Source: Bacillus velezensis
GTDB taxonomy: Bacteria > Bacillota > Bacilli > Bacillales > Bacillaceae
Assembly (NCBI RefSeq): GCF_001461825.1
Contig: NZ_LLZC01000019.1
Span: 526,947 to 566,946, forward strand
Length of the DNA: 40,000 bases
Reading direction: 5' to 3'
In this document: in pieces, positions 10,384 to 20,301 of the stretch
How positions within the stretch are numbered: position 1 is the first letter of the stretch
Layout of the letters: every line of letters begins with the position of its first letter
Notes under the pieces: model-generated
The model's input: the letters and a program-made list of their open reading frames with translations, nothing else
What the model was told of the DNA's origin: nothing
The model's database searches: none
Made by a program: the position numbers and the translations under genes

Positions 10384-11011
10384 GATGTCGCTCCCCCTTT
10401 CTTCGCTTGTTTTTCAAGAATGTCCAGCTTGTAACCGATTAAACCGTACAACAGCGCCTTAAAATGTCTCGGTGCTTCATATAACTCTTTCAGTTCTGAT
10501 GGAGAATAATGAAGCTCATGCATCGCGTAATAGAGATACACGGCTTCCTTATTCCCATCTTTTATCAGTTTTTTGCTTCTTGCTCCAGATCTTCTAATTC
10601 ATCTTCAAAACCATTGATCTCAATCGCTTTATTCAGCCAATTTGCATACTCACCGCCGACTGAAAGCACGCGTTTTGCCACCTCGACCGGATCTGCCGTT
10701 TTGTAAGCGTCGCGGAGCTCCTTAGACCGGAAATCAGGGTAAATCGTAGATTCAACCGCGATCCGCGCATAGAAGCGCTGGCTGTCTAAGTCTTTTACGC
10801 GGCCTCTGCCTTTCACATTTTTATATGTCGTGCTTTCCTTCTCCAGTTCGTCAATGCGCTCAGTCGTAATGGCTTTAAAAATAAAAGGCACGATGTTTCC
10901 TTTTTTATCGACAAAACGCTTTGAAAGCGGAACCCGAATCTCCTCAGCCTCGACTGTTTTACCCGGCATAAAGAATGACAGATCAAATACTTGTTCGTTT
11001 TTTTCGCTCAT
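10371..11011 (-). CDS. Predicted -1 frameshift extension product of xkdN (G/GT-type chaperone, about 67 extra residues)
   Basis: The slippery heptamer A_AAA_AAC sits on the last two xkdN codons, directly before the TGA stop. The -1 frame then reads [67 protein letters not shown] and stops at 10371, inside the xkdO start region. Confidence 0.6.
10565..11011 (-). CDS. xkdN: Tail assembly chaperone XkdN (148 aa, zero-frame product)
   Basis: ATG 11011 with RBS AAGGGAG. The ORF-track start at 11074 would run through the upstream hairpin. The gene lies between the tube and tape measure genes. Confidence 0.8.
   Translation of the reverse strand: MSEKNEQVFDLSFFMPGKTVEAEEIRVPLSKRFVDKKGNIVPFIFKAITTERIDELEKESTTYKNVKGRGRVKDLDSQRFYARIAVESTIYPDFRSKELRDAYKTADPVEVAKRVLSVGGEYANWLNKAIEINGFEDELEDLEQEAKN
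10568..10574 (-). promoter_or_regulatory. -1 programmed ribosomal frameshift slippery heptamer A_AAA_AAC
   Basis: The zero frame reads GCA AAA AAC TGA, which fits the X_XXY_YYZ pattern; the stop codon follows immediately. Confidence 0.6.
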
Positions 11012-11036
11012 GATGAAAACTCCCTTACTTTTTTTT

Positions 11037-11067
11037 ATAAAAAACAGGCCTGTAAAAAGGCCTGTTT
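11037..11067 (-). terminator. Intrinsic terminator/attenuator between tube (xkdM) and chaperone (xkdN)
   Basis: Minus-strand RNA AAACAGGCC-UUUUUACA-GGCCUGUUU followed by UUUAU; 9-bp stem. Confidence 0.6.
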
Positions 11068-11085
11068 CACTCATACCGATCTTAA

Positions 11086-11529
11086 TTAAAACGTTTCAGA
11101 AAGCTTTTCCGGCACATCGAAATCTTCAAAGGTAAACGGCACTTCTTCTTCGAGTGCTTCTGAGTCTACGTCCAGTCCGGCGATTTTTGCAGAATCAAAG
11201 TTGACGTCATACAGAGTGACGCGTTCTGTTCCGCGGCCCGATGATTTGTCATCAAGAACGGCTTGCAGCGTAAAATACGGGTCGCTGCCTTTTTTGACGT
11301 AATCCATCATAAGGACGGCGAATTTGGATGTGACCTTGTAGAATGTTGCCGTGCCCGTTCCGTTGGCGCCTGTTGTTTTATGTCCCGTCATGCGGCGGCC
11401 CATGATGTTTACTTCTGATTTGTTTTTTTCCACGTTTGCTTCAAACGTTTTAATATGCGCCATCTCTTCTCCGTCTAGAAATAAACGGCCTTCTTTTCCT
11501 GAAATCGTGTTTTGCGCTTTTAATGCCAT
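11086..11529 (-). CDS. xkdM: Tail tube protein XkdM
   Basis: 147-aa ORF with RBS GGAGG 9 nt upstream, immediately after the sheath gene. Confidence 0.9.
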   Translation of the reverse strand: MALKAQNTISGKEGRLFLDGEEMAHIKTFEANVEKNKSEVNIMGRRMTGHKTTGANGTGTATFYKVTSKFAVLMMDYVKKGSDPYFTLQAVLDDKSSGRGTERVTLYDVNFDSAKIAGLDVDSEALEEEVPFTFEDFDVPEKLSETF

Positions 11530-11530
11530 C

Positions 11531-12928
11531 TTAGTTTACCTCCACGTTAAAGTAGAATTTTTCTGCCGCATCCACAGGCTGTACGGCGAGATCGATTAAA
11601 AAGCCGTCGCGGTCTTCATTCAGCCCGATTGTAATGTCTTTGTCTGAATCAAAATTTGCGATGCCGCCCGCATCCTGAAGCGTAGTCAAATATTGAATGA
11701 TCATCGTTTTGACGAATTGAAGGCCGTCATTTGTCGCAGGAAGATCGCTGCCCGTGCCTTTTTTCGATTTAATTAAGGCTTTCAGTTCACGTGTCAAATC
11801 GTTATTCACCGCATCAAGCACACGAACGATTTTGTTTTTCGCGAACTTTTTGTTTTTCTCTGCCGTAAATGTCACCAATGAGTTGATATCTTTTTCAACG
11901 CTGACTGACTTATCACGGGCATCATAAGAGAAAAGGAATTCACCTTTAGAAAGACGTTCGATCACTTCATCATGAGTCAGGCGGTGCAGCACATCGACGG
12001 CGCCTTCGTATTCAACGAATGTTAAGGATTGATTAAATGCGGCGCTGGCACTTGCGCCTGCCACCCAGGCGGTCGCATCTTCAGCTTTAATCTCGGTTCC
12101 GTCTTCCAGCAGCACACCTTCAGTAACATTGATAATGCCTTCATAATCTCCGCTGTAATGGGCGGTCACCCCTTGCACCTTCTGTCCCTGCGCATCGCGA
12201 AGGCGTTTAATGAATGCGGCAAATGTCGCTTTCAGCTGATCGTTTTCCGCGACAGGAAGAGCGATGACATCGAAATTCTCCGTTTCAGCCGCAGCTAAAA
12301 AATCCGTATAGTCTGAGTTGACCGGTGCTTTATCAGTTCCTCCCGCAAGACGGATGCCTGCCTGCGGGTTTAACGTTTCCCCGGATTCTTCCTCAGTTCC
12401 TGTCAGCGGGATGGAAGCCGACAGTTCGCCCGTTCCCGTAAATGTGACATAGCCGTTTGCTTTTAATTCTTCGGCTTTTTTCACCGTTTGTTTGTCAACT
12501 TCCGCTTCATCCATGTAAGTGGTCACATCGAAAGCGGTCTGATCAAGGACGTTTTCACTGATGCGGATGATGATGTCATTTCCTTTTGAACCGCCGTACA
12601 ATGCGGTTGCTTTAACACCTTGCGAAAGGTCGGCGCTTGCTCTGATTCCCTCTGTCAGACGGTACATCAAAACGGTTTTTGCTTTCTTTTTCGCTTCACG
12701 AAGCAGAATCAGTGACGGATCTTCAATACTGAGCCCCACTTTTTTATTCAAATCTTCAATGCTTGAAATGGAAACGAATGTTTTCGCTTCCCCCCAGCCG
12801 GATGCGACGGGAAGGGCGACAATCCCGCGTTCACCGATCGATACCCGCTCCTGGGCGGTTGTTTTAAAGTTAAAATAGATTCCGGCACGTTCTTTTTCTT
12901 TTCCTTGCGTAAATGTTCCGCCGTTCAT
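11531..12928 (-). CDS. xkdK: Contractile tail sheath protein XkdK
   Basis: 465-aa ORF with RBS AAGGAGG, in the sheath-tube-chaperone-tape measure order. Confidence 0.9.
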   Translation of the reverse strand: MNGGTFTQGKEKERAGIYFNFKTTAQERVSIGERGIVALPVASGWGEAKTFVSISSIEDLNKKVGLSIEDPSLILLREAKKKAKTVLMYRLTEGIRASADLSQGVKATALYGGSKGNDIIIRISENVLDQTAFDVTTYMDEAEVDKQTVKKAEELKANGYVTFTGTGELSASIPLTGTEEESGETLNPQAGIRLAGGTDKAPVNSDYTDFLAAAETENFDVIALPVAENDQLKATFAAFIKRLRDAQGQKVQGVTAHYSGDYEGIINVTEGVLLEDGTEIKAEDATAWVAGASASAAFNQSLTFVEYEGAVDVLHRLTHDEVIERLSKGEFLFSYDARDKSVSVEKDINSLVTFTAEKNKKFAKNKIVRVLDAVNNDLTRELKALIKSKKGTGSDLPATNDGLQFVKTMIIQYLTTLQDAGGIANFDSDKDITIGLNEDRDGFLIDLAVQPVDAAEKFYFNVEVN

Positions 12929-13137
12929 TATTGCATGACCTCCTTGGTTAAAAATGCTTCAATGTAAGACTTGGCTTGCGCTTTCGTCATTTGTTTTTGC
13001 TTCACGCCGAATAAAGCCCCCTGGAGAATCTCAGGTTTTACGCCGAAAAGCTCCTTCGCGTGCTTTGTTAAATCCGCCGTGTCATAAAGAACCGCTCGTT
13101 CCGCCGCTGCGGCGTTTTTCTTTTTATGTTGTTTCAC
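12928..13137 (-). CDS. Small late protein (69 aa) upstream of the sheath gene
   Basis: ORF-track entry with a GTG start that overlaps the xkdJ stop; its stop overlaps the xkdK ATG. Confidence 0.65.
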   Translation of the reverse strand: MKQHKKKNAAAAERAVLYDTADLTKHAKELFGVKPEILQGALFGVKQKQMTKAQAKSYIEAFLTKEVMQ

Positions 13138-13580
13138 TTTTGTTTCACCCCGCTGTTAATGTCCACATCCCGCAGTGCGGGAGATGTTTGTTTCTGATAG
13201 TAGTAGCGGCTCGTCCAGCGGATTGTGATCACTGCCTCGCCTTTGTCTCCGACTCTTGTTTCGATACGGCTGATGCGGACGAAATCACCGGTATCCTCCC
13301 CTGATTCCGTTAGCAGCGGAATCAGCTGTCTTGATTCTCTCACCGCATCGGCGATCCGGTCGGCTGCATAGAGCGCCTGCACCGAGTCGGCATGGAACAG
13401 CTTCACATTCAGACTGTACGTTTTCTTATAAGTGGAGACTGTGTCATTTTCGTCAAAAACAAATGGGGGCGGAATATATAGTGACGGCACCTGAAATTGT
13501 TCAGGCAGTTCATTTTCATATACGGGCACGCCGCACTGCTGATACAAAAAAGCGGCGATTGAACCGGTTTCGCGATTCAT
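13134..13580 (-). CDS. xkdJ: Tail completion/neck protein XkdJ family
   Basis: 148-aa ORF whose ATG overlaps the preceding stop. Confidence 0.75.
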   Translation of the reverse strand: MNRETGSIAAFLYQQCGVPVYENELPEQFQVPSLYIPPPFVFDENDTVSTYKKTYSLNVKLFHADSVQALYAADRIADAVRESRQLIPLLTESGEDTGDFVRISRIETRVGDKGEAVITIRWTSRYYYQKQTSPALRDVDINSGVKQK

Positions 13581-14080
13581 CCGATATCTCCCCCCAACGT
13601 GTTAAGCCACTGATCGAAACGCTTGTCCAGCGATTCGGCGAAGAGTGTTTCATACAAAAGAAGGGCTTTGTCCCAAAACCCATTCCCGCTGATCCACTGT
13701 TTTTTGAGCGCCATTCCCGTTGAAGCTGACGGATCATAGATGAACCGGGAGCCTTGAAAATACCCGGGCACCCATCTGACATTTTCATCTGAGACGGTCC
13801 AATGTCCGTCATTTATGAATGAGGCGTACTCTACATTGGTGCCGATTTCAAGGGTCAGTCCCCCGTTTTCAATGATCCATATATGATCCTGCGCTCCTTT
13901 TCGGAAAGAAGACAGCAGGTTTTCTGTATCAATCCCTCCCGAATGAATAAGCTCCTCCCGTACCAAGTCGAGAAAATCCTTCCCTGACTGCTCCAGCCAT
14001 TCGCATGCCTGTCGGGCAAATTCTCCGGATGATGCCTTTTGCAGCGACCGATTCCATTGTTCAAGGTTTTTTATGCTCAT
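13577..14080 (-). CDS. xkdI: Head-tail joining protein XkdI family (HK97 gp10-like)
   Basis: 167-aa ORF with an ATGA overlap with xkdH. Confidence 0.75.
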   Translation of the reverse strand: MSIKNLEQWNRSLQKASSGEFARQACEWLEQSGKDFLDLVREELIHSGGIDTENLLSSFRKGAQDHIWIIENGGLTLEIGTNVEYASFINDGHWTVSDENVRWVPGYFQGSRFIYDPSASTGMALKKQWISGNGFWDKALLLYETLFAESLDKRFDQWLNTLGGDIG

Positions 14081-14433
14081 AGTCTGTCATCTCTCACAGC
14101 GATAACCTCCCAATGGTGCTGTCTTGCTTTCTTCGGCATTTCCAGAATATACGCCTGTCCTTCCCAAATGATTTTGTCATTGACACGCACAACGGCCTCT
14201 TTCGGAAAATGAATGAGAAACCGCTGATATACCTTATGATCAGGATCAAGCTGAATAAGCTGCTGCTGTTTTTCAACAAACAGACATGGCACGTCTTCAG
14301 CATCGGGAACTTCCCGATAAGAAAAGACAGGCTGGAGCTTTTCGGCGGGAATCCCGAAGCGTCCGGCCTTCGGAACTGACACCGTCTCATGATAAATATC
14401 GCATCTGTCAGTGAGCAGCCGTTCGTAGCTCAT
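14077..14433 (-). CDS. xkdH: Head-tail adaptor XkdH family
   Basis: 118-aa ORF with an ATGA overlap with the upstream gene. Confidence 0.75.
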   Translation of the reverse strand: MSYERLLTDRCDIYHETVSVPKAGRFGIPAEKLQPVFSYREVPDAEDVPCLFVEKQQQLIQLDPDHKVYQRFLIHFPKEAVVRVNDKIIWEGQAYILEMPKKARQHHWEVIAVRDDRL

Positions 14434-14813
14434 AACGGTCTCACCTTTGCGTTTGCAGAAACCGGGGAATAACCCGGCGCGATATATTCACAGAGAAGAT
14501 GGCGCACAGCCGGTTTTCTGATCCCGCCTTCACCTGCCACCGTATAGGAATAGTCACCTATCTTTTCAGATTGATAGGCGGAAGCGGCCGCTTCATTCTG
14601 GTTGATCAGCGCAAAATATTGAGAAAGCTTTAATAACGCAAGCTTAATCTTTTCGGGAAGCGGTGAGTAAATAGGGTCAGTGAACGAATGCCCCGTCATT
14701 CTGGCCGCTTCCGCCTCCGCCTCCAGAATGTCCTGTATAAGAAGCGGCTCCGGCCTGTTTTTGACTTGATCATAAACTGAATATGAAACAACGTCAGACG
14801 GCTGAATTAACAT
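14430..14813 (-). CDS. Head-tail connector / DNA packaging protein (YqbG-like)
   Basis: ORF-track entry. I prefer ATG 14813 (RBS GGGGGTG 6 nt upstream) over GTG 14822. Confidence 0.7.
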   Translation of the reverse strand: MLIQPSDVVSYSVYDQVKNRPEPLLIQDILEAEAEAARMTGHSFTDPIYSPLPEKIKLALLKLSQYFALINQNEAAASAYQSEKIGDYSYTVAGEGGIRKPAVRHLLCEYIAPGYSPVSANAKVRPL

Positions 14814-14829
14814 AACTGCCACCCCCGTC

Positions 14830-15765
14830 TTATTCTTTAACGTTTACGATTTTGGCGCTTGCATCTTCTTCTTCAAATTTGCTGTCAAGTTTAGCCGTCA
14901 GTACGATAATAAATTTGCGGCTGCGAATATCTTTATCTACTTCGATTCGGATATTCCGTGAAAAACCGAGAATGATATTTTTCGGGTGAGTCAAAATGAT
15001 GTCAGACGCATCGTACTGGGAGTCACCTTCTCCGACCGAGTACGGCTGCAGATTGGACACTCCTTTGACCGGAACGCCGAATGCTGAAGACAAACCGCCC
15101 TGCACCGCAAGATCCCCCAGATTGGTCTGACGGTCAGCCACACGGTCTTTCCATTCAATCTCCATGCCTTGAGATGTGTAAAATCTGAATTCCTGAGGCA
15201 GGCGCAAATATTTTGCCGGAATGGCTTTTAAGCCTTTTTTAAATGTGGCTCTGGACAGCTCTTCCCCGTTTCCGTCAATGACATGAGATACAGTCTGCTT
15301 ACGGATTCCGTCAAGCTGTGCCAAGTACGGATCAGAAGAAGATGTATCGCCGTTTACGACAAGCTCCTCAATATCGACTGCCGCCCGCTCCGCCAAAATC
15401 TGCATGATCGTCTGCTGCAGGCCGTCTTTTTCAATATTGTTTTCAAGCGTGTCATAGGTGATATTAATTTCCGCAATGACTTCTTTCGTATTCAGCTGCA
15501 CCGTACTTGTTGCCGGGACGGTCAGCTGATCGTCAGTTAAGGCTTTTCCTTCCTCAGCGGCACGCAGAATCCGCTGGCCGAAACCGATTTTTTCAAATTT
15601 CTGCGAGTCATTTTCCATTTGAATCACACGCGATTCGCTGAAAATGGTCGGCGTGTTCTGCACCATGCGGATAAATGCTGAAGCTTGTGCGGGGTTCATT
15701 AAACCGCCGCTTTTTAAAGCGGAAAGTGACATTTCCGCCTTTCTGATGATATCTTGATTTCTCAC
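14830..15765 (-). CDS. xkdG: Major capsid protein XkdG
   Basis: GTG start at 15765 with RBS AAGGAGG 9 nt upstream gives 311 aa. The ORF-track start at 15810 would overlap xkdF and has no RBS. Confidence 0.85.
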   Translation of the reverse strand: MRNQDIIRKAEMSLSALKSGGLMNPAQASAFIRMVQNTPTIFSESRVIQMENDSQKFEKIGFGQRILRAAEEGKALTDDQLTVPATSTVQLNTKEVIAEINITYDTLENNIEKDGLQQTIMQILAERAAVDIEELVVNGDTSSSDPYLAQLDGIRKQTVSHVIDGNGEELSRATFKKGLKAIPAKYLRLPQEFRFYTSQGMEIEWKDRVADRQTNLGDLAVQGGLSSAFGVPVKGVSNLQPYSVGEGDSQYDASDIILTHPKNIILGFSRNIRIEVDKDIRSRKFIIVLTAKLDSKFEEEDASAKIVNVKE

Positions 15766-15791
15766 TCTACAGTTCCTCCTTCTGACTGGGC

Positions 15792-16637
15792 TTAAAGCAG
15801 TCCGCTCCAAATGGATTTTTTAACAGGCTCTTGGCCGCCCGTCTCTTCTTCCGGCTGCTTTGATGCGCCTCTTACTTTTTCAAGCGCTTCAATGCGTTTA
15901 ATAATCGGCGCGAGCATGTCCTCGACAAGCGTTTTCAGCTTTTCTTCATCAGACGGCGCAGCCGCCCCGTCTTTGTCTTCCGTGTTTTGGTCCAAGCTGT
16001 CAAGCCGCTTTAAAAGCGGGTGCAGCGCGTGTTCAATTGATTCTCTTACGTCTTCTTTTCTCATCTTGTTCAAGTCCTCTCCCTTGCGGTTTCTTGATTT
16101 GCGGTCACGGTCGAGAAATTGCTTGACCGCGCCGAATAAGCCGGCTTGCTTTTCTGCCGGCTCTTCGTAAACGTCAGCGGTTCCCGCCATGCTGTAGCCC
16201 GTAATGATACCGGCTTTAATCTGATCCCATACTTCATCGGAAGCTTTGGTGACAAGCACCCAAGATCCTTTCCGGATCACAGCATTCCCGATTTCAAAGT
16301 CATCCGGGGCGACGTACGACTCCACCACCTCGCCGGTCCCGCCTTCAAAATTATGATTTGTATCGATGTTGCGGGCGTCCGCCAAAAAACCGTGAGCGGC
16401 CTTTTCAATTTCTTCAGCCGTCATATAATCGCCATGTGCATCCGGGACATCCGGCTCGTAAACGATGCCGTAAACAAGCTTCTGCTCATCCGATTCGCTT
16501 TTTGTAAACACCTGCACCTTTTTTTCAAATGACGGAAGGCCTCCGGCTGATTTTGTAAAAAAGAATTCCGTTTGGTTCGCCGCCTTATCGACATAGCTCA
16601 CAAAACTGATGACGGCATTTCTCAATTCTCTCGGCAC
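15792..16637 (-). CDS. xkdF: XkdF-family prohead protease/scaffold protein
   Basis: 281-aa ORF with GTG start, between the portal and capsid genes. The C-terminal part is acidic and helical ([35 protein letters not shown]). Confidence 0.8.
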   Translation of the reverse strand: MPRELRNAVISFVSYVDKAANQTEFFFTKSAGGLPSFEKKVQVFTKSESDEQKLVYGIVYEPDVPDAHGDYMTAEEIEKAAHGFLADARNIDTNHNFEGGTGEVVESYVAPDDFEIGNAVIRKGSWVLVTKASDEVWDQIKAGIITGYSMAGTADVYEEPAEKQAGLFGAVKQFLDRDRKSRNRKGEDLNKMRKEDVRESIEHALHPLLKRLDSLDQNTEDKDGAAAPSDEEKLKTLVEDMLAPIIKRIEALEKVRGASKQPEEETGGQEPVKKSIWSGLL

Positions 16638-16656
16638 GAGATGTTTTCACCCCCTT

Positions 16657-18093
16657 TCAGGATTGCTCCTTTTTCCCTTTCAGCACCGGCCGGCTGTAGT
16701 ACTCTTCAGGCCATTCCTCAAGCGTCTTCCCGAGCACTCTTCCCGCCAGATCACGGAGGTCATTAGGAGAGACCGCGCCGGCGGAAATAAATGGCGTAAG
16801 CACCTTCGCAATTTCAAGCGGATCGCGAAAATCAGGCCCTTTTAATGTGAGCTGTACATCGTGGAGACCCAATTCAGGCAAAAATAACGTGTTGAGCTTA
16901 TTAATCAGCGTTTTCCGCTCCGGCTGAAACACCTGCTCCTCCGTTATTTTCCGTGCCGTATCGGCGGTGGCTTTGTTGTATTCCTGCGCCTCGCCCGTAT
17001 AAAGCGGCGGGAGACGGAAAGCGGAACGGAGTTTATTTCTGCTTTTGTCGTCATATTCAAGAAACAGCGCATCATCCTGCAGAATTTCCGCAAGTGATTT
17101 AATTTCCACAGACACGGGCGTAATGTCTTCGCCTCCGTGAAGGTCTTTTTCCTTCGCAATGCCTTCCGCCTCAATCAGCAGAAATTTGTGGGCGTTTTCC
17201 ACCCCTTCCAGGTCATTCATATAATCCTGGAGCTCTTTGTACGAGGTTTCTGACAGCATGCCGTTTTCAACCGTAATGGCGGCCGGCACGTGACGGCCCT
17301 GCTTGAAATACATAAAATTCAGTTCTTCCGCTTTCCGGGCGCCGTACAGATTGACGATATTGCCGACCCAGCGCGGAATTCCGTAAGTGCCGCTGCCGAT
17401 TTTTAAGTGAATGGCTTCATTTGCCCGATATTCTTCAGACAGGGTCTTTACGTATTCGCCGGTTCTCATGTCCATCATGCGGGGATCGCCGTATTCTTTA
17501 AAAAACACTTTCCGACCGTTCAGCATCTGAACATATTTACGAAACCGTTTTTGCCTTTTAATCGTTTTGGATGCGCCGTTTTCTTCATATGAAAATGTAA
17601 CTTCAACGGGATCAGTCACACCGCATACGCGCATATGTTTCACATCCAGATATTCAATCCCCGCCGGTTTTCCCGCCCCGTCCCTAAGCACTTCGAGAAA
17701 ACCGTTGCCCGTTTTTTCACGGTCTTCTATCGCATATCCGAGGATCGTCTCGGCCGATTCATCAAAATGAAGACATTTGTAAAAGCTCTCCAGCTTCATC
17801 CAGTTTTTTTCGGCCCGGGCCTTTTTTGTCGGAGAGCAATCTGGGCTATTTACATCAAAGGTATATTCCACATCAAACCCAAAACCCGTAATATTGACCC
17901 GATACGCGTCAATGCACTGCTGAAGAATCGTCGAATATTCGGCGATTGTTTTCAGTTCAATGAGATTATAGGGCGGTGAAATGATGTCTTCGCCGTACAG
18001 ATCGGCAAATTGATCTTCGTTCATCTGCCTTGCCTGCGGCGCGGCCATTTTTGATTTAAAGACGGTGGCTCTAACGTTTTGATAGTTCGGCAA
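16657..18093 (-). CDS. xkdE: Portal protein XkdE
   Basis: 478-aa ORF with TTG start and RBS AAGGAGGAGG 6 nt upstream, directly after the terminase large subunit gene. Confidence 0.85.
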   Translation of the reverse strand: MPNYQNVRATVFKSKMAAPQARQMNEDQFADLYGEDIISPPYNLIELKTIAEYSTILQQCIDAYRVNITGFGFDVEYTFDVNSPDCSPTKKARAEKNWMKLESFYKCLHFDESAETILGYAIEDREKTGNGFLEVLRDGAGKPAGIEYLDVKHMRVCGVTDPVEVTFSYEENGASKTIKRQKRFRKYVQMLNGRKVFFKEYGDPRMMDMRTGEYVKTLSEEYRANEAIHLKIGSGTYGIPRWVGNIVNLYGARKAEELNFMYFKQGRHVPAAITVENGMLSETSYKELQDYMNDLEGVENAHKFLLIEAEGIAKEKDLHGGEDITPVSVEIKSLAEILQDDALFLEYDDKSRNKLRSAFRLPPLYTGEAQEYNKATADTARKITEEQVFQPERKTLINKLNTLFLPELGLHDVQLTLKGPDFRDPLEIAKVLTPFISAGAVSPNDLRDLAGRVLGKTLEEWPEEYYSRPVLKGKKEQS

Positions 18094-18096
18094 CGC

Positions 18097-19395
18097 CTAC
18101 CTCCTCCTTTCCCGATTCGGACGTCTCCGTTTTTGTGATGCATCTTTCAGATCCGCCGCGTCATAGTCATCCAGCGCATACCAAATGGCTGAAAGTGTGT
18201 GGGGATCAATTGAAAACTCATCTTCCGACAGAGCGCCGTTTTTGTTTTTTGCGTACGTTAAGTTCTGCAATTCGCGGATCGTATGTTGACAGTTGTCTGA
18301 GCAATAGATATGTTTGAACCGTTTCAGCTTTTTTGTATACTGAAGTCTTGAGCCCGGAAACTTTTTGGCCGCAACCATGCAAAAGCCCTGCCTGCGAAAA
18401 TATTGGATGCTTTTCGGCTCAGCCGAATCCGCTTTGATCAGCTCTTTTTGATCCGCCAATTCCTGAAGCTCCTCAGCTGTCTGATCATCGGTCATTTTGT
18501 TTTTGTAATACTCCCAGAAAATATAAAGGTCTTTTTGATCCGGATCGACGGCAAGCCGGATGACCGCATTGTATGACTCTTCAAAACCGAAATCCATGCC
18601 CGTCCGAAACAGGGGGCGCCTGATGGAAGCAATCCGCTCCGTTACTTCGTTGTGCTCCATGACCTGAAACTGCGGAAACACGCGGATGCCGTTAACGCCG
18701 AACTGTCCTTTGCGGGCGATCCGGTATAAATCGGGATCGTAATGCCGTAAGCTGTCCAGCTGCTTAATATAGCTTTTCGGCAAAAACAGATTATCGCACG
18801 CTGTGGAATGGTGGTAATACGTATCTCCCTTAACGACGGTGCCTTTTTCATACAGCGTCTGATCATCCAATACGAACCGTTTTTTTTGGTCATCACGGAA
18901 AAAATGCCGGTACGTCCAATTGGAGGTGCCGACGGGATTTGTGGTGCATATCATATGAAGCGAAAGCTCGGGATGGCGCAGACGGCCGATCAGCTCCTTA
19001 AAGCCTTCATACTTCACTTCAGAGCATTCTTCAATCCAAATCAGTGAAATATGATGAATGGATTTCAATTTGGCCGGGTTGTCCATCCCTTTAAACATAA
19101 TCCGGCTTCCGTTTGAAAATCTCAGCTGCATCGGCGAAGACACGGCCTTTACGGCATGTCCCAGCTCAAGCTCCCCGATAATGTCTTCAAACAAGGCAAA
19201 GGTAGAATCTCTGTGCGTATCGAAAACTTCCCGCACGACAAGCGCCGTCCGCTTTTCACGAAGCAGCTTCAAGATGATTTTCAGCGCGGTATGATAGCTT
19301 TTTGACGAGCCGTAGCCTCCGACGAGAAATTGGTACGTTTCATTCCAATTGAACAAAAAATCTTCAAAGCGCGGGTTGACCGCTTTTTCAATCAT
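18097..19395 (-). CDS. xtmB: Terminase large subunit XtmB
   Basis: 432-aa ORF with a Walker A-like motif (VGGYGSSKS). Its ATG overlaps the xtmA stop. Confidence 0.9.
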   Translation of the reverse strand: MIEKAVNPRFEDFLFNWNETYQFLVGGYGSSKSYHTALKIILKLLREKRTALVVREVFDTHRDSTFALFEDIIGELELGHAVKAVSSPMQLRFSNGSRIMFKGMDNPAKLKSIHHISLIWIEECSEVKYEGFKELIGRLRHPELSLHMICTTNPVGTSNWTYRHFFRDDQKKRFVLDDQTLYEKGTVVKGDTYYHHSTACDNLFLPKSYIKQLDSLRHYDPDLYRIARKGQFGVNGIRVFPQFQVMEHNEVTERIASIRRPLFRTGMDFGFEESYNAVIRLAVDPDQKDLYIFWEYYKNKMTDDQTAEELQELADQKELIKADSAEPKSIQYFRRQGFCMVAAKKFPGSRLQYTKKLKRFKHIYCSDNCQHTIRELQNLTYAKNKNGALSEDEFSIDPHTLSAIWYALDDYDAADLKDASQKRRRPNRERRR

Positions 19396-20189
19396 GACCG
19401 TTCCTCTTTTCGCGTAATGACAATGTCAATCGGCTTTTGGCTGTCTTCTGTTTTTTCCATCTTCTGCTGTGCCAGCTTTAATTTTTCATTTTCGATTTTT
19501 TGTTTAAATTGATCGGGGAAAAGGTCAAAGTACAAGGACAGCTTTTCAAGAGCCTTCATCTTGTCGGCAAGCTTGATTGCAATGCCCTCTTTTCCGAGTT
19601 TTGCTTCCGTGACGATGGTTCCGTCCAGAAGGTGCGAATCTTTAACATCAACGTAGCTGATTTCCTGCATAATCGGATTATCATTTTCGTCAAAGAGCGG
19701 CCCTGATTTTCCGAAGGCCTGAACCTCTTTTTTTCCGAAGGTTACATAATCGGTAATGTCGGCGAAAGCGATTTTCACATAGACTTGAAGAACGTCCATC
19801 GCTTCGACAAACACTTTATTGACCATTTCCTTTTTCATGCGGCTGATTTCTTTGGCGACTTTTCTGTTTTTTAACAGCCTGCTTCCCGTCACATGCGCGC
19901 TTTCCGGTGAATACCCGGCTTTTATCGCAGATTGGGTGGCGTTAAAGCTTTTCACATAATAAAGACAAAACAGCCGCTGGCGTTCGTTTAACTCATCACC
20001 TTCGCCCGGGTTGTTTTTTCCGCCGCTTTCCGCATTCTTATGGAGCGCCTCGTCCCAGCGCCCTTCTTTTTTCCATCTGCCGATCGTTCTTGCGGATACG
20101 CCTGATTTGCCGGCAAGGGCGCGATTTGTGATGCGGCCTTTATGAGACTGATAGATTGTAAATGCCTGTTCTCTTTTTGCGTTTTTCAT
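19392..20189 (-). CDS. xtmA: Terminase small subunit XtmA
   Basis: 265-aa ORF with an N-terminal HTH-like segment ([16 protein letters not shown]); first gene of the late operon. Confidence 0.9.
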   Translation of the reverse strand: MKNAKREQAFTIYQSHKGRITNRALAGKSGVSARTIGRWKKEGRWDEALHKNAESGGKNNPGEGDELNERQRLFCLYYVKSFNATQSAIKAGYSPESAHVTGSRLLKNRKVAKEISRMKKEMVNKVFVEAMDVLQVYVKIAFADITDYVTFGKKEVQAFGKSGPLFDENDNPIMQEISYVDVKDSHLLDGTIVTEAKLGKEGIAIKLADKMKALEKLSLYFDLFPDQFKQKIENEKLKLAQQKMEKTEDSQKPIDIVITRKEERS

Positions 20190-20230
20190 GCTACGGCATC
20201 ACCGCCACCTCCGACATGATTGTCTATAAT

Positions 20231-20260
20231 AAAAAGCGGCTTCTAATCGGGCCGCTTTTT
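20231..20260 (-). terminator. Terminator after xpf (end of the early operon)
   Basis: AAAAAGCGGC-N10-GCCGCUUUUU followed by AUU, 42 nt after the xpf stop. Confidence 0.55.
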
Positions 20261-20301
20261 GTGATCGTCTGTTCACTTCTAGGTGGCAAACGTATGACAA
20301 C

